NCBI RefSeq assembly: GCF_947507565.1
Contig: NC_089176.1
Coordinates: 4,019,882-4,083,881, forward strand
Length of the DNA: 64,000 bases
From: Oscarella lobularis
Taxonomy: Eukaryota
Direction: 5' to 3'
The notes under the pieces were generated by a model. It was not told the origin of the DNA. It did no database searches and saw only the letters and a list, made by a program, of their open reading frames with translations. Positions 60,050-64,000 of the stretch are shown one piece after another. Made by a program: the position numbers and the translations under genes. Every line of letters starts with the position of its first letter. Positions within the stretch are counted from its first letter, which is position 1.

Positions 60050-61480
60050 GATTGAGCGTATGACACCCTAAAGGGCGTTGTCAATGAAATTGGGATTGTT
60101 CGTGGTGTTGCTAGTGGCTTAGACTATCTTCACAGGAGGGAAAAACCGATAAGTAAGGTGCTTAGCTTAGGTTTCTCAAGTAAGCCACTTTAATAACAAT
60201 TAATTAGCTCGTATAAATCTCACCCCCTGCTGGCGTACGTATAATGGAGAAAAACGGAAAGGCAGTAGCGAAGATTTGTGTTACAAGTACTTCGTCCGAA
60301 TTGAATGAACAGGCAATTAATTGCAATGGAAGGATTCATGTCTCCTGAATTCACCGTCAGAACAGTAGATGTGGGTAGGCGGGGCTGTGTGTCAGTGTCT
60401 TATTTCTGTAGAATCCTGATGCGGATGTCTTTTCGTTTGGATGTTTTGCGTACTACGTCATCACGAAAGGACAGCATCCATTCTGTGAACCGGGGAGCGG
60501 GAGCAGTGAGCGAAGCAAAATTCAGTCAAGAATAAACTCTGGCGAGCATAAACCTACTTTCGAAGCGTTGGAACGTAAGTTAATTAATCAATTGATTAAT
60601 TAAACACGTATTTAGTGCCGCTTTAATTAATATTTTTAAAATTTACTCTACGTAGATTTGGTGAGCAAAACCATGAAACTGGAGGTGGAAGAAGACGAAC
60701 TTAGACGTATAGGGAATCCAGCAGCAGCTTTGGCGCTTGTGAAATCTACGTTGGACGAAGGAAAAAAGTGAGTTTGCCTGTCAGTGCGTGCCTTCTCAGC
60801 AGATGCAGCTCGTTACTGTGAATAGGCCTTCATCTTGCTGTATTACAAGTCACTGTTACTTTTTCAACCCGGAACGCCAATGCCATTTTCATCATGTACG
60901 TGGTAATCATTACTCAACTTCGTTGTTGTTACGATTTCTACGCAGGATTTTGGCAATTGTACACCATTTTATGAAGGGAAGAGAACTGGTAATATGGACA
61001 TGGACCCGCTTTTGGACGAACTGTCTGAACACGAAAAAGAAGTCTTTGGTTCTACCAAGTGGGGAGTTCGACTTCTAAGTTTTGGAGCAAAAATAGAAAT
61101 TGAAAATGGTATTGTTTTCTCATAGTTAGTTCTTATCAACTCTTTGTTAAAAGCGTTCTAGATTTTCAGTTCAAGGTTGCATTTAAGGGTAAGGGCGGGA
61201 GAGATGCAGCCAAAAAGTACGACAATTCCATTCAAGGTTTTTCATATTTCCTGCGTGATCAAGTATGAAACTTCGTGTTTTCAAAAATAAACGAACTACA
61301 GAATGATACATGTAGTTTTCTCACGAACTTAACGATGAGAAAAAAAGAGAATTTTGGGAATCGGATGATAAGAAAGCATTGATGCTCAACCGTGGGTTTC
61401 CCAGGCTTCTTCCTGTGTGCTGGGACATAAGCAAGAAAATGCCCAATTTGTCCAAGTATCACTGCGACGAGAAGCATTAG
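60050..61480 (+). pseudogene. Degenerate second copy of the kinase-like gene, paralogous to about 52690-54120.
   Basis: Recognisable remnants 'GIVRGVASGLDYLHRREKPI', 'KICVTSTSSELNEQAINCNGRIHVS', 'VLRTTSSRKDSIHSVNRGAG', 'MLNRGFPRLLPVCWDISKKMPNLSKYHC', with frame disruptions. Confidence 0.4.
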
Positions 61481-61757
61481 ACAATGACCTCTTCATGATA
61501 TCTCTGCCTCTAACCCTTTTTCTAGTTCTACATTTTTACACTGTCAGTTGCACTCACTGACTGTTTTTTTTCTTCGTTTTATACTGTATGTCGTTAGTCT
61601 ATATGGATGCTGCTGGCCGGTCACTACTAATTAACCGTTCTCGGTATTTAATTAACGAAAGCTGTCCGAGGCTACCTGATGATGTACAGTACAGTGGAGA
61701 GGGCGTGCACTAGCCACCCCCGCGTACGGGAGTACGGGAGTGAGATTTCGATCCAAG

Positions 61758-62021
61758 ATGGCGACTGCGAGCGAAAGAGACAGGGTTCCCAAAAGGCATC
61801 GCCTTCGGGCGGTGGCCAGCTACATCGGCCCATACTGGGAGCATATCGCTGACCACCTTCTACTCGAGTCCTCTTGTGAAAGGACCATTGAGAGGATTCG
61901 CCGTGATTACAAGTTCTCTCAAGATCAAGCTTTCCAAATGTTGTGCACGTGGTCGGAAATGTTTCATACGGAAGCTACAGAGGAGAAACTGTGCCTTGCT
62001 CTATTAAGCGAAGAGTGCTGA
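61758..62021 (+). CDS. Small death-domain-only ORF (DD-2).
   Basis: 'MATASERDRVPKRHRLRAVASYIGPYWEHIADHLLLESSCERTIERIRRDYKFSQDQAFQMLCTWSEMFHTEATEEKLCLALLSEEC*' has a death-domain-like pattern (W..IA..L, qAf.ML..W, ATxxxLxxAL). Confidence 0.45.
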   Translation: MATASERDRVPKRHRLRAVASYIGPYWEHIADHLLLESSCERTIERIRRDYKFSQDQAFQMLCTWSEMFHTEATEEKLCLALLSEEC

Positions 62022-62449
62022 ACGGTTGCACGCATCCGGCCATTTTACGCAACATGTTGTGGCAAATTTTGACGAATTTCATTCGAGGAGAAAAAGTCGT
62101 AATTTTGGATTCTCCGCTTTTGTTTGAAAGTGGAACGTTTGTTCGATACATTCATCGTACAATTGTTGTATGGTGTTGCGAGGAGAGGCAAATTGAGAGA
62201 CTTTATCTTCGAAATGGATTTGATAGAGACAGCGCTCTCAAGAGAATTCGTGCTCAAATGTCATTGGATGAAAAGCGCCAAAGAGCTACGTACGTTATTG
62301 ATAATAACGATCAGCTGGAAAATACAAGACAGCAAACTCAACAAATTTACAAAGAACTCCTCAAGTCAAAGTGGTGTTTGATGGGCAGGATTTTTAGACT
62401 GTCTTGTTCTTTTCTTATAGGTCTTTTTGTAGCACTATGGTTTCTGTGA
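62010..62449 (+). pseudogene. C-terminal half of a dephospho-CoA-kinase-like copy (copy C), fused out of frame onto the end of the DD-2 exon.
   Basis: 'RRVLNGCTHPAILRNMLWQILTNFIRGEKVVILDSPLLFESGTFVRYIHRTIVVWCCEERQIERL...CLMGRIFRLSCSFLIGLFVALWFL*' has no P-loop half. The junction sequence 'ttaagcgaagagtgctgaacgg' is shared with copy A ('ctaagcgaagagtgctgaacgg'). Confidence 0.5.
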
Positions 62450-62523
62450 TAATACATTTAATTGGATTTATGAATTAGTGAGCCAGTGACGCGCGAGTCG
62501 TTTATACGGGAATTGCAACGAAC

Positions 62524-62926
62524 ATGTCGTCGAAACTGCCGCACGATCTAGCCGCCGGCGCTGGACAGAAATTGCCAAGTGCGATTCGTCGTCTCAAGGA
62601 TAGAGGGAATGGTTGTAGTAGCGTAGAACGATTTTACAGACGAGATACTTCTCGACCTCGCGAAGAAAATCGGCGGAAAGTGGGATTTTGTAGCAGTCCG
62701 GCTTGGGTTGGCAGATCACGAAACTGAGAATATCCGTGACAATTTCACGAAAGTGCAAGACCGAGCTTTTGAAATGTTGAAGACGTGGCGACAGAATGCC
62801 TTCAAAGACGCAACTCGTACCAATCTCTGTATCGCCTTGCTTAAAGAAAAATTGAAGAGTATCGCGTCGGAAACTTTTGGGGATGACTTTGTTGAAGGGG
62901 TCGACAAATCATTATCGCAGAAGTGA
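62524..62926 (+). CDS. Death-domain protein DD-3. Probably two exons, with a very short intron at about 62608-62636.
   Basis: 'MSSKLPHDLAAGAGQKLPSAIRRLKDRGN' | 'EILLDLAKKIGGKWDFVAVRLGLADHETENIRDNFTKVQDRAFEMLKTWRQNAFKDATRTNLCIALLKEKLKSIASETFGDDFVEGVDKSLSQK*'. Confidence 0.45.
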
Positions 62927-63089
62927 AGGTGATTTTCAAGAAACACGATGATTTGTCCAAGTATCACTGCGAGAAGCATCCGACAGTGTGATATCTCTGC
63001 TCTAGCTCTTTTTCTAGTTTTTACGCTGTTACTTTCTTTCTTTTGCTTTTTGTTATTATCATACGGGCATGTTCAATGTGGATACAGTA

Positions 63090-63300
63090 GCAAGCGGCGA
63101 AAGCACCGTTTCGCGAGTACAGTTGGATTGCGGATCGACGCCGATCAAATAGCTCGCCAAATCGTGCAGCCGGGCTTGCCTAGCTGGCACGCGATCATTC
63201 GCAAATTTGGCCGAGAAATTTTGAACGAGGACGAAACGATAAATCGCGAAAAAGTCGATCCAGCCAGCTAAGCGAAGAGTGCTGAATGGTTCCAGCTATT
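63090..63300 (+). pseudogene. Decayed dephospho-CoA-kinase-like fragment (copy D) with internal deletions.
   Basis: '...ASGESTVSRVQLDCGSTPIK', then 'IARQIVQPGLPSWHAIIRKFGREILNEDETINREKVDPAS*', then 'AKRRVLNGS' in shifting frames. Confidence 0.45.
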
Positions 63301-63410
63301 TTACGCAGCACTTCACGAGTAGTCTGGAGGCCACACCTATGCCACGGTCACGTGCAAGGGTCAGGTGACCTGACTACTTCACGAGCGAGTCGATTATACG
63401 GGAATTGCAA

Positions 63411-63805
63411 CAAACATGGCGGCGCACGTCGGGGCTGGAGAAGAATTGTCAGGTACAATCCGTCGTCCCAAGGATAGAGAATGATTGTAGCAGCGTAGAA
63501 ACGATTTTACAGATAAGACACTTCTCGACGTCGCGAAGAAAATCGGCGGAAAGTGGGATTTTGTAGCAGTCTGGCTTACGCCCAAGTTGGAAGAGCATGA
63601 AATTGACAATATCAAAGCCAATTTTACGAGAGTACAAGACCAAGCTTTTGAAATGTTGAAGATGTGGCGAAAGAATGGCCACAAAGCTGCAACTCCTACC
63701 AATCTCTGTGTCGCCTTGCTTGAAGAAAAGTTGAAGAAAATCGCGTCGGAAACTTTTGGGGATGACTTTGTTGAAGGGGTCGACAAATCATTATCGCAGA
63801 AGTGA
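63411..63805 (+). CDS. Death-domain protein DD-4, a paralog of DD-3 with the same two-exon layout.
   Basis: 'MAAHVGAGEELSGTIRRPKDRE...' | '...LLDVAKKIGGKWDFVAVWLTPKLEEHEIDNIKANFTRVQDQAFEMLKMWRKNGHKAATPTNLCVALLEEKLKKIASETFGDDFVEGVDKSLSQK*'. The last 72 residues are about 80% identical to DD-3. Confidence 0.45.
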
Positions 63806-64000
63806 AGGTGATTTTCAAGAAACACGATGATTTGTCCAAGTATCACTGCGAGAAGCATCCGACAGTGTGATATCTCTGCTCTAGCTCTTTTTCTAGTTTT
63901 TACGCTGTTACTTTCGTTCTTTCTTTTGCTTTTTGTTATTATCATACGGGCATGTTCAATGTGGATACAGTAGCAAGCGGCGAAAGCACCGTTTCGCGAG

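Overview
This window is gene-dense eukaryotic (metazoan-like) nuclear DNA, not prokaryotic. Genes sit on both strands, introns are very short (about 40-60 nt, GT-AG, often full of (TAAA)n), and several divergent gene pairs share short bidirectional promoters. The ORF track uses alternative start codons (TTG, GTG), so many of its 'M' residues are not ATG. Most short ORFs lying antisense to real exons are spurious. From 5' to 3', the conserved genes I recognise are: a tandem array of six small intronless genes encoding an Slx1/YhbQ-type GIY-YIG nuclease domain fused to CCHC zinc knuckles (1-4819, +); a tetraspanin (-); COP9 signalosome subunit 3 (+); a MAK/ICK-family kinase (-); an NXPE/PC-esterase-like protein (-); two tandem GT31 glycosyltransferases (-); a SMARCAL1-like SNF2 helicase (-); an HMG-box protein (+); a very long vault-PARP (PARP4) ortholog (-, 20290-29663); an Ig/FN3 adhesion receptor (+); GTPBP1 (-); GID4 (+); an ankyrin/coiled-coil/kinase gene (-); eIF3d (-); U2AF65 (-); an ANKRD40-like gene (+); and GTPBP3/MnmE (-). 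The 3' end (51.5-64 kb) is a tandemly duplicated, partly decayed cluster of death-domain genes, a death-domain/P-loop STAND NTPase/TPR gene (NLR-like), dephospho-CoA-kinase-like P-loop genes, and a catalytically dead kinase-like gene. It also holds a duplicated fragment of the GTPBP3 5' end and visible chimeric junctions. The most unusual items are: the GIY-YIG/CCHC array; a PARP4 locus that appears to carry actin-derived exons, tandem poly-proline exons and a WASP-like WH2-C-A module; a promoter-like GC-rich island with a spliced transcript that has no long ORF; and the death-domain/STAND/dephospho-CoA-kinase-like/pseudokinase cluster. No CRISPR arrays, rRNA or clear tRNA genes were seen.
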